Source: Nitrososphaerota archaeon
GTDB lineage: Archaea; Thermoproteota; Nitrososphaeria; Nitrososphaerales; Nitrosopumilaceae
Assembly (NCBI GenBank): GCA_028867755.1
Contig: JAGWFT010000002.1
Span: 160,001 to 224,000 of the forward strand
DNA length: 64,000 bases
Direction of reading: 5' to 3'
A model generated the notes under the pieces. The model ran no database searches. It was not told where the DNA came from and saw nothing but the letters and a program-made list of their open reading frames with translations. Both the position numbers and the translations under genes were made by a program. This document shows positions 9,366 to 19,319 of this stretch, in pieces (positions within the stretch are counted from its first letter, which is position 1; every line of letters starts with the position of its first letter).

Positions 9366-9986
9366 ATGTTAGTCTGCGGGGTTGATGATGCTGGAAGAGG
9401 CTCAGTACTGGGCCCGCTTGTTATTGCAGGCATACGCATAGAGCGTAAAAAAATAAAACAGCTTTCTGATATTGGGGTCAAAGACTCAAAGCAGCTTAGC
9501 CCTTATGCACGTGAGAATTTGTACAAAAAAATACTTGCAATCGTAGATGATTACTATGTGGCAAAAATCTCTCCACGTATAATAGATCAAAGCGTAAAAA
9601 AGAATGCGCTAAACCAACTGGAGGGAAGATACATGGCCAAAGTAATTGCTAAACTAAAGCCTGATTCTGCATATGTTGATTCATGTGATGTAAATCCAAA
9701 AAGATTTGGTTTGTTAATTTCGAAACTTGCTCACATTAACAAAGTATACTCAAGCCATCATGCTGATCAGAGATTTCCAGTAGTTTCTGCAGCTTCTATT
9801 ATAGCCAAGGTGAACAGAGACAGGGCTATTGAGAAGATAAGGAAAAATTTTGATGTGGGAAGCGGCTATCCGTCAGATTCTAAGACAATGAATTTCATAA
9901 AAAAAGCCATTGACTTGGATGGTGTACCGCCAAAATTTGTGAGAAAGAGTTGGAAGCCAGTTAAGATCTTGCTTGGCATGAGCTAA
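9366..9986 (+). CDS. rnhB: Ribonuclease HII
   Basis: GVDDAGRGSVLGP, GVKDSK, VSAASIIAKV and GSGYPSD motifs. Confidence 0.95.
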   Translation: MLVCGVDDAGRGSVLGPLVIAGIRIERKKIKQLSDIGVKDSKQLSPYARENLYKKILAIVDDYYVAKISPRIIDQSVKKNALNQLEGRYMAKVIAKLKPDSAYVDSCDVNPKRFGLLISKLAHINKVYSSHHADQRFPVVSAASIIAKVNRDRAIEKIRKNFDVGSGYPSDSKTMNFIKKAIDLDGVPPKFVRKSWKPVKILLGMS

Positions 9987-10661
9987 TTATCCTAGATATT
10001 TTGCAACAATCATGCTATGATCCTTCTCATACGGCTCCAAGTTAAGCTCTTGGACTATCTCAAAATTGTCTTTTAATTTTCTGGCCTCATTGCGAGTTAT
10101 CTCTGAAGGATCTTTAGTAACGTCTATGCTTCGTGTTTTTATTACAAGCATCATGTAACCGTCTTTTTTTAGATATGTCTTGCAATTTAGTATTGCAATC
10201 TCTGTCTGGTCTGGCTGTGCAATGTCTACATAAACAACATCAACTCCCCCATACACTGAAAAGTACTCTTTAGGATTTCTTGCGTCTTGAAGAATGGGTA
10301 CAATGTTTGCCCTGTAAGATGCAACTCTGTCAAGAAATTCTCGTGCAACTCTGCTTGTGTGCTCGACGCAAAATACAATTCCGCTTGGACCTACAATGTC
10401 TGAAACATGGCTTGCAGTAGTTCCAGTGGAGACTCCAAGATAAAGAACTCGTGACTTTCTAACTATCGGAAGCATTCCAAGATTATTCATTATGGCGGCA
10501 CCAAGCTTACTCCTAAACGGATCCCAGGCCCTGAATTCTTCGTCACTGATTTTGACTAGTTTTTCTTTGTAAACTTGATTTCCTGGAACGAGATTTAAAG
10601 TAGCGAGTTTTTTTTCTCCATCTATTTTAACCCAGAAAATGTTACCTTCTTCGTTTTCCAA
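9987..10661 (-). CDS. flpA: Fibrillarin-like rRNA/tRNA 2'-O-methyltransferase
   Basis: WDPFRSKLGAA, VLYLGVSTGTTASHVSD, DAR, DIAQPDQ. Start moved from 10814 to the TTG at 10661, which overlaps the end of nop5; the longer ORF-track start reads deep into nop5. Confidence 0.92.
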   Translation of the reverse strand: MENEEGNIFWVKIDGEKKLATLNLVPGNQVYKEKLVKISDEEFRAWDPFRSKLGAAIMNNLGMLPIVRKSRVLYLGVSTGTTASHVSDIVGPSGIVFCVEHTSRVAREFLDRVASYRANIVPILQDARNPKEYFSVYGGVDVVYVDIAQPDQTEIAILNCKTYLKKDGYMMLVIKTRSIDVTKDPSEITRNEARKLKDNFEIVQELNLEPYEKDHSMIVAKYLG

Positions 10662-11919
10662 ATTTCCTTCGTTTTGACTTTTGCCAGTCGTTCTTTTTGT
10701 CTCTTTGTCTGCCAAAATCACCTTGTCTTCCATCTCTGCGTTCAAAAGGTCTACGTTGTTGGCGTTGTACTGGTATTGGAGGCCTCTCAGGAGGTTCTTT
10801 GTATTTTTCTCCAATCTCGCCTATTCTTACATTTAATTTTTCAAAGAGTGTATCGTTTCTTCCTGCTCCAAAGACATCTACTCTGGCAGCAAGAGCCGCT
10901 TTTGCTGCAATTGCTCTTGCAATCTTACCCCGCTGCCACTTGGGAGCTGCATGAACAAGAGTATGCTGGAACAGTAAACCATGTTTTGGAGGCTGTGCAC
11001 CAGTTTTCAGAGAACGGAAAAGTGCTTTTTCTGCTCCTAGGATTTGAATCGTACTTGCAGGCATGGTGGCTAGTCTTTTGAGACTGCCTGCTCTTCCAAG
11101 TATCCTGGCCCCCACCGAAGTTCCTAAAATTACAGAAATATTTGGAGCTATTGTCTGCATCTGTGTCTCTATGTGTTTTTCTAAAGTTGCCCTCAACTCA
11201 AACAATTCCAAGATCTGTTTTGCAATGCTTTGTACTATTGCAAGATTTTCATTAGAAATTTGACCTCCCCTGCTCTTTGCTTGCAAGAGAGACAACATCT
11301 CTACCTTTTCATCAGGAAATCCTGCGTCAGCATATACTTTTTGATTGAGATCATCTCTACGACCAGCTAGAACTATTTTAGAATAACCAATAATTGTATC
11401 AATTAGATTATCCAATTCTGGAAAGTGAAGACCGTACCACTCTCTGAGTCTTGAGCTTAACAGATTGATAATCTTGTCAGTCTCATCCAATACGTTAATG
11501 GCTTGAATGATGTGAAGATCGGGGCTTTCTGATATTTCCGTAACCTTTGAAGAGGACAGTTGCATTGCAAACTCTCTTAATTTTCCCCTCGCATCACCTT
11601 CATTTGTTGCAAAACCCGAATCTACAAGAACTCTGAGTTTGGATGATTGGATTGTTTCAATCTTGTTCTCCTCCATAAGTTCGGCATCTATTGATTTTTT
11701 CCTTAGTATTTTGAGAAGGCTTGTGTCGTTAACAGATATGCCTGTTCCTATCTTGGAAAGGAATTGTTCAAGCTCGTTAATGTTAGCCAATTCCTTTTTT
11801 ACTTCGATGTATTCCTTTGCAGAATTTCTAAATGGAATTGATTTTACACATTTGTTGTTATCAAAAATTGCTATGCCGAGCTCTGTTAGAATTACAGAAT
11901 GCATACAAGGCATTTCCAT
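10642..11919 (-). CDS. nop5: Box C/D sRNP protein Nop5 (Nop56/58)
   Basis: RLREWYGLHFPEL, IAPN, PASTIQILGAEKALF, PPKHGLLF, RGKIARAIAAK; adjacent to fibrillarin. Confidence 0.95.
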   Translation of the reverse strand: MEMPCMHSVILTELGIAIFDNNKCVKSIPFRNSAKEYIEVKKELANINELEQFLSKIGTGISVNDTSLLKILRKKSIDAELMEENKIETIQSSKLRVLVDSGFATNEGDARGKLREFAMQLSSSKVTEISESPDLHIIQAINVLDETDKIINLLSSRLREWYGLHFPELDNLIDTIIGYSKIVLAGRRDDLNQKVYADAGFPDEKVEMLSLLQAKSRGGQISNENLAIVQSIAKQILELFELRATLEKHIETQMQTIAPNISVILGTSVGARILGRAGSLKRLATMPASTIQILGAEKALFRSLKTGAQPPKHGLLFQHTLVHAAPKWQRGKIARAIAAKAALAARVDVFGAGRNDTLFEKLNVRIGEIGEKYKEPPERPPIPVQRQQRRPFERRDGRQGDFGRQRDKKNDWQKSKRRKFGKRRR

Positions 11920-11991
11920 GTCTTACTAAAAAAGGTAACATTAGAGGACTCGTATCAACTGTTATAAGAGAACCAATTTTTATAATTAGAA

Positions 11992-12900
11992 GTGACTCCC
12001 GACATCTCGACAAATGTGGGGCCAATATCACTTGAACGACCCACAATGCTTGCCTCAGGCATTCTTGGTATTTCACTTGAAGTTTTTGCTCGCTTATATA
12101 AGGAAGGAGCAGGTGCGCTTGTAACAAAATCACTAAGCAAGGAACCTTGGGAGGGATATCCAAATCCTACTGTAGTTGGAGTCAAAAGTGGATATCTAAA
12201 TGCGGTTGGACTTTCAAATCCTGGAGCAGAATATTTTGCAAAGATGATCTCATCTAACAAAACTATTCCAATTGTTGTCAGCTTGGTCGGTTCTATTCCA
12301 GAAGACTTTACTTTTATGATAAAACAATTTGAGAACGCCAAGGTTCTTGCTTACGAGTTAAACCTATCATGCCCTCACGTTGAAAAAGTAGGACTTGAAG
12401 TAGGCGATGATCCTAATCTTGTACAAAAAATAGTAAAAGAAGTAAAACAAGCATCAAAGGTTCCAGTAATAGCCAAAGTAGGTCTTGGCTCATCTGATTA
12501 TCTAGAAACAGTAAGAGCATCTTGTGAAGCAGGCATCGATGCGATAACTGCAATAAATACAGTAAGGGCAATGGCAATTGATGTTGAAACTATGCGGCCA
12601 ATTCTTAGTCACAAAATAGGAGGACTGTCGGGAACTCCAATAAAGCCAATTGCAGTACGATGTGTTTATGAAATCTCGTCAAAATTTGACATTCCAATCA
12701 TGGGATGTGGCGGAGTGTCAAGCTGGGAAGATGCAGTTGAATTCATACTTGGGGGTGCTAGCGCAGTACAAATTGGAAGTGCCATTGCAGAAAAATGGGT
12801 TGGAACATTCTCTGAAATAAACAGCGGAATATCAAAATACATGGAAAAGAAAAATTTTCAGAAGATTGGTGATATGGTTGGCATTGCAAAGAAATACTGA
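11992..12900 (+). CDS. pyrD: Dihydroorotate dehydrogenase family 1B, catalytic subunit
   Basis: LNAVGLSNPG, ELNLSCPH, INT, GGLSG, GCGG motifs. Confidence 0.95.
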   Translation: MTPDISTNVGPISLERPTMLASGILGISLEVFARLYKEGAGALVTKSLSKEPWEGYPNPTVVGVKSGYLNAVGLSNPGAEYFAKMISSNKTIPIVVSLVGSIPEDFTFMIKQFENAKVLAYELNLSCPHVEKVGLEVGDDPNLVQKIVKEVKQASKVPVIAKVGLGSSDYLETVRASCEAGIDAITAINTVRAMAIDVETMRPILSHKIGGLSGTPIKPIAVRCVYEISSKFDIPIMGCGGVSSWEDAVEFILGGASAVQIGSAIAEKWVGTFSEINSGISKYMEKKNFQKIGDMVGIAKKY

Positions 12901-13696
12901 TTCCTCAACCATGGTCACAATTGAGAAGGTAATTGATGAAACTCCAACTGTGCGTACTCTGGTCTTTTCTGATGACTTTTTAGCAAATGTATTGCCAGGA
13001 CAGTTTGCAATGGTTTGGATTCCAGGAACAAACGAGCTTCCAATGAGTGTAATGGTATCCCAAGAAAAAGGAAAAGCAGCCTTTACGGTTAGAAAACATG
13101 GCTTGTCCTCAACAGCACTTTATTCTGTAAAAGCAGGTGAACAAATTGGAGTTAGGGGGCCATATGGAAATTCCTTTACCATAAAGCAGGGAAGATTATT
13201 GCTTGTGGGAGGAGGAACCGGACTTGTTCCTCTAATGCGACTAGTGACATTTTTGAAAAAGACTAATGATGTGACAGTAATAATGGGAGCTAAAACAAAA
13301 CAAGAAGTTTTCTTTGATGGATTGGCAAATAAACTTCTAGAGCAAAACAAACACAAAGTTCTAGTGGTAACTGAGGACGGAACACATGGACAATCAGGAT
13401 TAGTAACAGACGTAATGCAAAGATTGCTCAAAGAAAGTACATTTGATGCAGTTTACACCTGTGGACCTGAAAAAATGATGCACAAAGTAGTACAACTTGC
13501 TTTTGAAAAAGGAATCTATGCTGAAGCAAGTATTGAAAGAATGATGAAATGTGGGATGGGACTCTGCGGAAGTTGTTGCTTTGGCGATGTCTTGGCATGC
13601 AAAGATGGCACGGTGTTTGATGGCCAATACTTGCTTACAAACAAGGAATTTGGATACACTCATAGAAGTAAGTCAGGCATATTAGAAAACTATTAG
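12866..13696 (+). CDS. pyrK: Dihydroorotate dehydrogenase electron-transfer subunit
   Basis: PGQFAMVW, GVRGPYGN, GGGTG, CGP, and 2Fe-2S motif MKCGMGLCGSC...C; follows pyrD. Confidence 0.9.
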   Translation: MVIWLALQRNTDSSTMVTIEKVIDETPTVRTLVFSDDFLANVLPGQFAMVWIPGTNELPMSVMVSQEKGKAAFTVRKHGLSSTALYSVKAGEQIGVRGPYGNSFTIKQGRLLLVGGGTGLVPLMRLVTFLKKTNDVTVIMGAKTKQEVFFDGLANKLLEQNKHKVLVVTEDGTHGQSGLVTDVMQRLLKESTFDAVYTCGPEKMMHKVVQLAFEKGIYAEASIERMMKCGMGLCGSCCFGDVLACKDGTVFDGQYLLTNKEFGYTHRSKSGILENY

Positions 13697-13757
13697 ATTT
13701 TAGACTCGGAAATACGGGAAACCTTAAAATGCTATAGAAATTCATTGAGATTGAAAA

Positions 13758-15482
13758 TTGGGTCACCCAAAAGTTGTATTAAGTGCTGATCGTACGTTAA
13801 TGTCGCCTTATCGTGGGATATCTTTAGCTACATTCTTTGGATGTGCTCCTGCAATTGATCCTCACAGACCAAAGAACAGTATGTGGTATTTTCTTTTAAA
13901 AAATCAAGTAACTCCTAAGGTACTTTTCGATTTCATTTGTAATCCAATCACACATACAAATGGAGTTGCTAACTTTGCACCATATGGACTACGAAAAGTA
14001 GAGGCTGCTCTGTTGAGAGATGGCTACAGAAGAGAAGATGTTGTAGTTGCACATCCAGATCACATTGACAAATTCATCGGTCCTGAAACCGAAGTTGTTG
14101 GTACATACGAAATGGACCCATTAGGAATGGGGCCTGTTACGATGACTTTCACTTATGGTAGAAAACAGACGTCATATGATGAATTTTACAACGCAGATTT
14201 ACACAAGAAAATCAATGAAGCAAAGAAAAAGAATGGAAGCCATGCCAAGGTAATTGTTGGTGCATCTGGAACTTGGCAATACAACTATGATCCAAAGAAA
14301 ATCCAAGAATATGGTTTGTATGCCGTATTGGAAGGAGAGCTTGGTGGCATTGCTCCTGAAATAGATGGCCACGCAGGTCAATTCTTTAACAAACTAATCG
14401 GCGGAGAATTTGATAACATGAATCCTTTTGTTAAAAGTGATTTCAAAGTTGAAGTAAAAGAATTTGGAAGAGATAATGACAAGTTTCACGGAAGATTCAT
14501 CCATTATTGGGATGAGCCTGAAATTGATCAAATTCCTGATATTGTGGAACCTAGCATGCACGGAATGGTTGAGGTCATGCGAGGCTGTGGTAGAGGTTGT
14601 AAATTCTGTGATGTTACTTTACGACCTCTCAGATACTATCCTCCAGAGAAAGTAAAAAGAGAGATTGAAATTAACATAAAAAAAGGCGGACAAAAAAATG
14701 CTTGGCTGCATAGTGATGATATCTTTGTGTACGGTCTTGACCCGAAAAAGACAAAGAACATGGCACCAAACAGGGAGGCACTTGAAGAGCTATTCACGGC
14801 AGTAATGTCTACTGGTATAGTTCACACAAATCCTACTCACGGTACACTTGCAGGTGCAATAGCTGATGAAAAATTAATTCCAAACATTTCAAAAATTATC
14901 AGATCAAGTGTAGAGAACAAGATTGGAATTCAGTGTGGATTTGAGACAGGAAGCCTCAGACTAATCGGAAAATATGCTGATAGAAAATTATCACCATACA
15001 AACCAGAAGAATGGCACTGGGTTGTAAAAGAAGGTGTAAAGACACTAAACGAGAATCACTGGATACCTGCATTTACACTCATCATGGGCCTTGACAATGC
15101 AGAGACCGAAGAGGATGCATGGGAGACAATACGCCTCATAAACGAACTAGAAAGAGAACAGCCAGAATCCATGTTTACTACAACACCTTTGACTTTTGTT
15201 CCAATTGGATTACTTGAAAAATCAGAGTTCTTCGATATTGGAAATGAGATGACTGCAGCTCAGCTGGGTGTAATGTACAAGACATGGCAGCACAACTTCA
15301 AGTATGGAATTCAAAAGTTCATGGACAAGACAGGACACAACAGCACAGTCAAGAGAAAGTTGTTCACAGCACTTGCAAAATCTCTAGGTGGTGTTCCATT
15401 GGGTGCAATGGAAAAGTTTGCAAGAAAGAAAGGCGGAGAACACGAAAGAGTAATTGAAACAATCAAAGCCAAATACTGGTAG
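13758..15482 (+). CDS. B12-binding-domain-type radical SAM protein, probably of the GDGT ring synthase (Grs)-like family
   Basis: CxxxCxxC in EVMRGCGRGCKFC; N-terminal VVLSADRTLMS and APYGLRKVEAAL segments recalled as typical of Grs-like proteins. Confidence 0.6.
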   Translation: MGHPKVVLSADRTLMSPYRGISLATFFGCAPAIDPHRPKNSMWYFLLKNQVTPKVLFDFICNPITHTNGVANFAPYGLRKVEAALLRDGYRREDVVVAHPDHIDKFIGPETEVVGTYEMDPLGMGPVTMTFTYGRKQTSYDEFYNADLHKKINEAKKKNGSHAKVIVGASGTWQYNYDPKKIQEYGLYAVLEGELGGIAPEIDGHAGQFFNKLIGGEFDNMNPFVKSDFKVEVKEFGRDNDKFHGRFIHYWDEPEIDQIPDIVEPSMHGMVEVMRGCGRGCKFCDVTLRPLRYYPPEKVKREIEINIKKGGQKNAWLHSDDIFVYGLDPKKTKNMAPNREALEELFTAVMSTGIVHTNPTHGTLAGAIADEKLIPNISKIIRSSVENKIGIQCGFETGSLRLIGKYADRKLSPYKPEEWHWVVKEGVKTLNENHWIPAFTLIMGLDNAETEEDAWETIRLINELEREQPESMFTTTPLTFVPIGLLEKSEFFDIGNEMTAAQLGVMYKTWQHNFKYGIQKFMDKTGHNSTVKRKLFTALAKSLGGVPLGAMEKFARKKGGEHERVIETIKAKYW

Positions 15483-15522
15483 AAACCAAATACATAAATT
15501 GCATTAAAAGACAAAGTGATTC

Positions 15523-15702
15523 GTGCCAACTCACGGATCGCTTACTAAAGCAGGTAAAGTTAGAGGCCAAACTCCAAAAGTTCCAGCAAGAGAAAGGCAT
15601 GGAGAAATTGGCAGTGCAAGAAATCGTGATAATTTTAGAAAAAGATTCATCCTAAAACGAGTTCCTGGACAAAATAAACCAGGCCAAAGAAGAAGAAAGT
15701 AA
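15523..15702 (+). CDS. rps30e: 30S ribosomal protein S30e (not in ORF track, 59 aa)
   Basis: GTG start; MPTHGSLTKAGKVRGQTPKV... matches the S30e signature HGSLxKAGKVRxQTPKV. Confidence 0.93.
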   Translation: MPTHGSLTKAGKVRGQTPKVPARERHGEIGSARNRDNFRKRFILKRVPGQNKPGQRRRK

Positions 15703-15788
15703 AATCATAATTTTACTGTATTTTACAAAAAACTCCCTTAACCCAGTAACAGAATCCTTTTTTATAGTTAAAGACGGGGAATCTTTGA

Positions 15789-16043
15789 ATGTCTATATCT
15801 GAATCCAACTCTGTTGGCTGTTCCAAATTAATTGACGTGCGAGGTTGCCAAGAATCAAAACCGACCAAGCAGGGAAAGCATTATTCTGTTGATATCAATA
15901 ACGACCCGCGAGTTCTCTTCAAGGATACAATAGGTAATGGAAGAGAGATGAAGTTCAAGCGAAACTCTACTATTACCATAACAAGTGAGAAGATATTTTA
16001 TAATCGAGACGATGTGGAAATAAAGCCTGCTAGCATAACCTAG
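15789..16043 (+). CDS. Hypothetical protein in an accessory patch
   Basis: 84-aa ORF with no recognisable motif. Confidence 0.35.
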   Translation: MSISESNSVGCSKLIDVRGCQESKPTKQGKHYSVDINNDPRVLFKDTIGNGREMKFKRNSTITITSEKIFYNRDDVEIKPASIT

Positions 16044-16154
16044 TCAATTTGTAAATATTAATTTTACAAGTAGCGATGATTATAGAGAAAGAAAACCAAG
16101 TCAAACATGTACACATGAATAGAACTGTATCGCGAAGAACTAGAGAAAACATAA

Positions 16155-16352
16155 TTGTGTGTAATTATATTACAGTATAGTATGGACGACCCTACACTAG
16201 GAGTAAAAAAGAAATTCAAAGAATACCAGGTAAAAACAGACGATCTTCTAGAAGATATAGGAAACGTATTAACGGATTTTGAGAAAAAGAAAGATCCACA
16301 ACTATTGTATGAAGGAATTAAAGAATTGGTAAAAAAGTTCTCAGATGTATAA
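16155..16352 (+). CDS. Small hypothetical protein (likely start ATG near 16181, MDDPTLG...)
   Basis: Charged helical ORF with no recognisable motif. Confidence 0.35.
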   Translation: MCVIILQYSMDDPTLGVKKKFKEYQVKTDDLLEDIGNVLTDFEKKKDPQLLYEGIKELVKKFSDV

Positions 16353-16379
16353 ATGGACAAAACTTGACAGAAAGAAAAG

Positions 16380-16514
16380 AATACCTATCTCAGATCACAC
16401 ATGGGATTAGAGGGAAAAACTCCTAGTGAAGCCTGTGGCATCAAGATAGAAGGAGATAACAAGTGGGTTACATTGATACAAAATGCAGTAAGGGATAAAC
16501 ATCTTCCAAACTGA
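16380..16514 (+). mobile_element. C-terminal remnant of a DDE/integrase-core transposase
   Basis: Manual translation NTYLRSHMGLEGKTPSEACGIKIEGDNKWVTLIQNA matches the HNxxRxHxxLxGKTPAEACGI...NKWxTLIQNA tail I recognise from thaumarchaeal transposases; no upstream catalytic part. Confidence 0.75.
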
Positions 16515-16576
16515 GTAACTTTTCAGTTGTTTCGTCTGGTGTCATAAATCAAATAAAATATGATGAAATTAGAGAA

Positions 16577-16867
16577 CTATTTTTTCAGGCTTTCTATTTC
16601 GGCTTTCAGTTGCTCAATCTCTGTTCTTAGATTAATTATAGTAACCGCATGTTTGTTCATTTGATCCCCCATTTGAGAAACTAGATTGTACAACACAACT
16701 ACTTGCTTCAATATTCCACTGTCTACATCAGCCCTTCTTTTTATCTCTGGGTCTGTTGCATTTCTTGATTCTAAACCATATCCAGCTATTATCTCATTAA
16801 GTTCTGAGATCCTCTTTTGCATGTTATCTTTTGCTTGATCTACTTTAGCTCTATCTTCTCTCTCCAC
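16577..16867 (-). CDS. Hypothetical coiled-coil protein
   Basis: 96-aa ORF with heptad-like C-terminus LRTEIEQLKAEIESLKK. Confidence 0.5.
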   Translation of the reverse strand: MEREDRAKVDQAKDNMQKRISELNEIIAGYGLESRNATDPEIKRRADVDSGILKQVVVLYNLVSQMGDQMNKHAVTIINLRTEIEQLKAEIESLKK

Positions 16868-16996
16868 GCTGAGAAAACTAGGTTCTAAAACTTAAACTTA
16901 CCAACCGATCTTAACAGGTTTAGAAAACAATCGCAAACCTAACAGTTCCTCAAATCAATATCTTTATTAGGTACTCGTACCGTAACATACGGTAAG

Positions 16997-17995
16997 ATGG
17001 ATGATTTAAGATTAGAAAGTCTAGAAGGGGTAGGCCCCGTAACTTCCAAGAAGCTTAGCGATGCAGGAGTCCATAACATACTAGATCTTGTTGTAAGAGG
17101 TCCTGTAGACATATCAGAAATCACCGGCATGGATATTGATGCTGCTGTAAAACTGGTAAACAAGGCAAGACAACAACTAGTTGAGAATGGTCAACTCCAA
17201 AAAGAGTTTGTCACTGCAACAGAGATTTACAAAAGAAGACAGGATATAGGTAAGATCTCTACTGGAACTAACTCACTTGACACTCTATTTGATGGAGGAA
17301 TCGAGACACAGGCAGTCACCGAAGTTTATGGTGAATTTGGTTCTGGAAAGACACAACTTTGTCACACATTATGTGTAAATGTTCAAAAGCCAAAAGAAGA
17401 AGGTGGACTCGATGGTGGAGTCTTGTATATTGATACTGAAGGAACTTTCAGACCAGAAAGAATAGTTTCAATTGCAAAAGCAAAGGGAATAGAACCAGAA
17501 AAAGCCCTTGACAGAATCATAGTGGCAAAAGCATACAATAGCTCTCATCAAGAGCTAATCATGCAAGAAGTTGGTCCTGTTATAGAAGAAAACAAGATAA
17601 AACTAATTGTAGTGGATTCCGCAGTTGGATTATTCAGGGCAGAGTATCTTGGCAGAGGAACTCTATCCGTAAGACAACAAAGACTAAACAAGTTTATGCA
17701 TTTACTTGCAAGAACTGCAGAAGCATACAATATTGCAATAATTGCTACCAATCAAGTCCAGTCGTCTCCAGACACGTTCTTTGGCGATCCAACAAGACCA
17801 GTTGGAGGAAACGTTGTCGGTCACGCATCAACTTATCGTGTTTACCTGAAAAAGTCTGGCAAGAAGAGAATTGCAAGAATGGTAGACAGTCCACACCACC
17901 CAGAACAAGAAGTGCTCTTTACTGTTACTGAGGGCGGCATCGCAGATTCAGAAGAAGATACAAAGAAGAAAAAGAAAGATGGACTTGAAGAATAG
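16997..17995 (+). CDS. radA: DNA repair and recombination protein RadA
   Basis: N-terminal HhH LEGVGP, Walker A GEFGSGKT, IDTEGTFRPER, VVDS, ATNQV, GGNVVGHASTYR. Confidence 0.97.
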   Translation: MDDLRLESLEGVGPVTSKKLSDAGVHNILDLVVRGPVDISEITGMDIDAAVKLVNKARQQLVENGQLQKEFVTATEIYKRRQDIGKISTGTNSLDTLFDGGIETQAVTEVYGEFGSGKTQLCHTLCVNVQKPKEEGGLDGGVLYIDTEGTFRPERIVSIAKAKGIEPEKALDRIIVAKAYNSSHQELIMQEVGPVIEENKIKLIVVDSAVGLFRAEYLGRGTLSVRQQRLNKFMHLLARTAEAYNIAIIATNQVQSSPDTFFGDPTRPVGGNVVGHASTYRVYLKKSGKKRIARMVDSPHHPEQEVLFTVTEGGIADSEEDTKKKKKDGLEE

Positions 17996-18109
17996 GTCCA
18001 ATCCTTATTTCCTTTATTTGTCGTAGATGTTCAAGTGCCAAAACAAACCGATTTTTTCCTTTTTCTAGCCAGTAAGTGTTAAATTAAGGTCAACTGAAGT
18101 CCTAGCGAT

Positions 18110-18409
18110 ATGACTACCAAGAAACCACGAGGTCACTCTCACGGCTTTATGCACAAGGCAAGATCCGTTATGACAAAAGATGGGGTTAGAGGAGTATCCT
18201 TCTTACTTCGAGAGTACAAGGTAGGAGACAAAGTTCTGGTAATCATAGACCCGTCACAACACAAAGCTCTTCCACATCGCAGATATCACGGCAAGGTAGG
18301 TACTGTAAATGCAGTGGGACGTAGAACAGTAAAATTGGCAGTAAAACTTGGCAACAAGACAAAAACCTTAATCACTAGGTTAGACCATATCAAACCGTTT
18401 GGTGTATAA
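18110..18409 (+). CDS. rpl21e: 50S ribosomal protein L21e
   Basis: YKVGDKV, PHRRYHGKVG, HIKP; conserved rpl21e-rpo4-DUF655-ksgA gene order. Confidence 0.93.
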   Translation: MTTKKPRGHSHGFMHKARSVMTKDGVRGVSFLLREYKVGDKVLVIIDPSQHKALPHRRYHGKVGTVNAVGRRTVKLAVKLGNKTKTLITRLDHIKPFGV

Positions 18410-18411
18410 TA

Positions 18412-18738
18412 ATGGAAGAAATTAAGAAAAAACAACCTATCTCTATTCCGGAAGTTAAAGAAATTATGGAAAAAGTAGATCCTGAATCTATGGATCAAAT
18501 TCAGAGATGGACATATGATTATGTTACCAAATTTACAAAAATTGATTCAAAGGCTGGAAAGAAACTCAAGCAACAACTTGTAAAAGAATGTGCTGTGACT
18601 GACGAAGAAGCAGTTGAAATTGTAAATAATCTTCCAAGTACCGAGGCAGAGCTGAGAGCGTTTACTTTTGGCTGGAAAAAATTGATTCTAGCAGAGACGC
18701 TTGAAAAGATGCTAAAGATAATCAAGGAGAACACCTAG
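18412..18738 (+). CDS. rpo4: RNA polymerase subunit Rpo4 (RpoF)
   Basis: ISIPEVKEI, YVTKF, EIVNNLP..EAELR (HRDC-like); position after rpl21e. Confidence 0.88.
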   Translation: MEEIKKKQPISIPEVKEIMEKVDPESMDQIQRWTYDYVTKFTKIDSKAGKKLKQQLVKECAVTDEEAVEIVNNLPSTEAELRAFTFGWKKLILAETLEKMLKIIKENT

Positions 18739-18758
18739 TTTTAGGAGCAGGAGTTTTC

Positions 18759-19319
18759 TTGGAGAGAGCTCAAACTAGAAAGTATGAAGAGTACGCATAC
18801 GTGTTAGATTTTGTAACTAGAGGAAAATCAACTACCGTGCGCGGAAGAGATGGAATCATTGTTACAGCATTAGGAGAGGAAAGACTCACTATACTGGAAT
18901 TACTTGCAATGCCAAATTCTACTTTTGAAATTGGAGAACGTGTATACATTGGAAAGGAAGGAAGGACAAAAATTCTCTCAGTACTAGGAAGACTGGAATA
19001 TAATCAAATATCATCTTCTGCACAAAGCGAGTTAGTATCGGTAGTTGAAAAGATAGTTACACAAAATGAACAGCGATTTATGGATTATCTAAACAATGCA
19101 CAGCCCCTGACTCCTAGGATACATGCACTAGAATTGATTCCAGGAATTGGAAAGACCTACATGAAGACAATGCTTGCAGAAAGAGAGAAACGAAAGTTTT
19201 CTGACTTTAAGGATTTGCAAGGAAGAGTGGGACTCAAAGAACCTGCAAAACAAGTTGCAAAAAGAATCATTGAAGAGATCACCGGTGAATCTAGGATGAA
19301 TCTCTTTGTCAGAAAATAA
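18759..19319 (+). CDS. DUF655 family putative RNA-binding protein
   Basis: EEYAYVLDF, RIHALELIPGIGK HhH; conserved position. Confidence 0.88.
   Translation: MERAQTRKYEEYAYVLDFVTRGKSTTVRGRDGIIVTALGEERLTILELLAMPNSTFEIGERVYIGKEGRTKILSVLGRLEYNQISSSAQSELVSVVEKIVTQNEQRFMDYLNNAQPLTPRIHALELIPGIGKTYMKTMLAEREKRKFSDFKDLQGRVGLKEPAKQVAKRIIEEITGESRMNLFVRK

Noticed and set aside
10662-10814. Apparent 50-aa N-terminal extension of fibrillarin in the ORF track
   Set aside because: It is an alternative frame of the nop5 3' end; the TTG at 10661 gives a normal-length protein.
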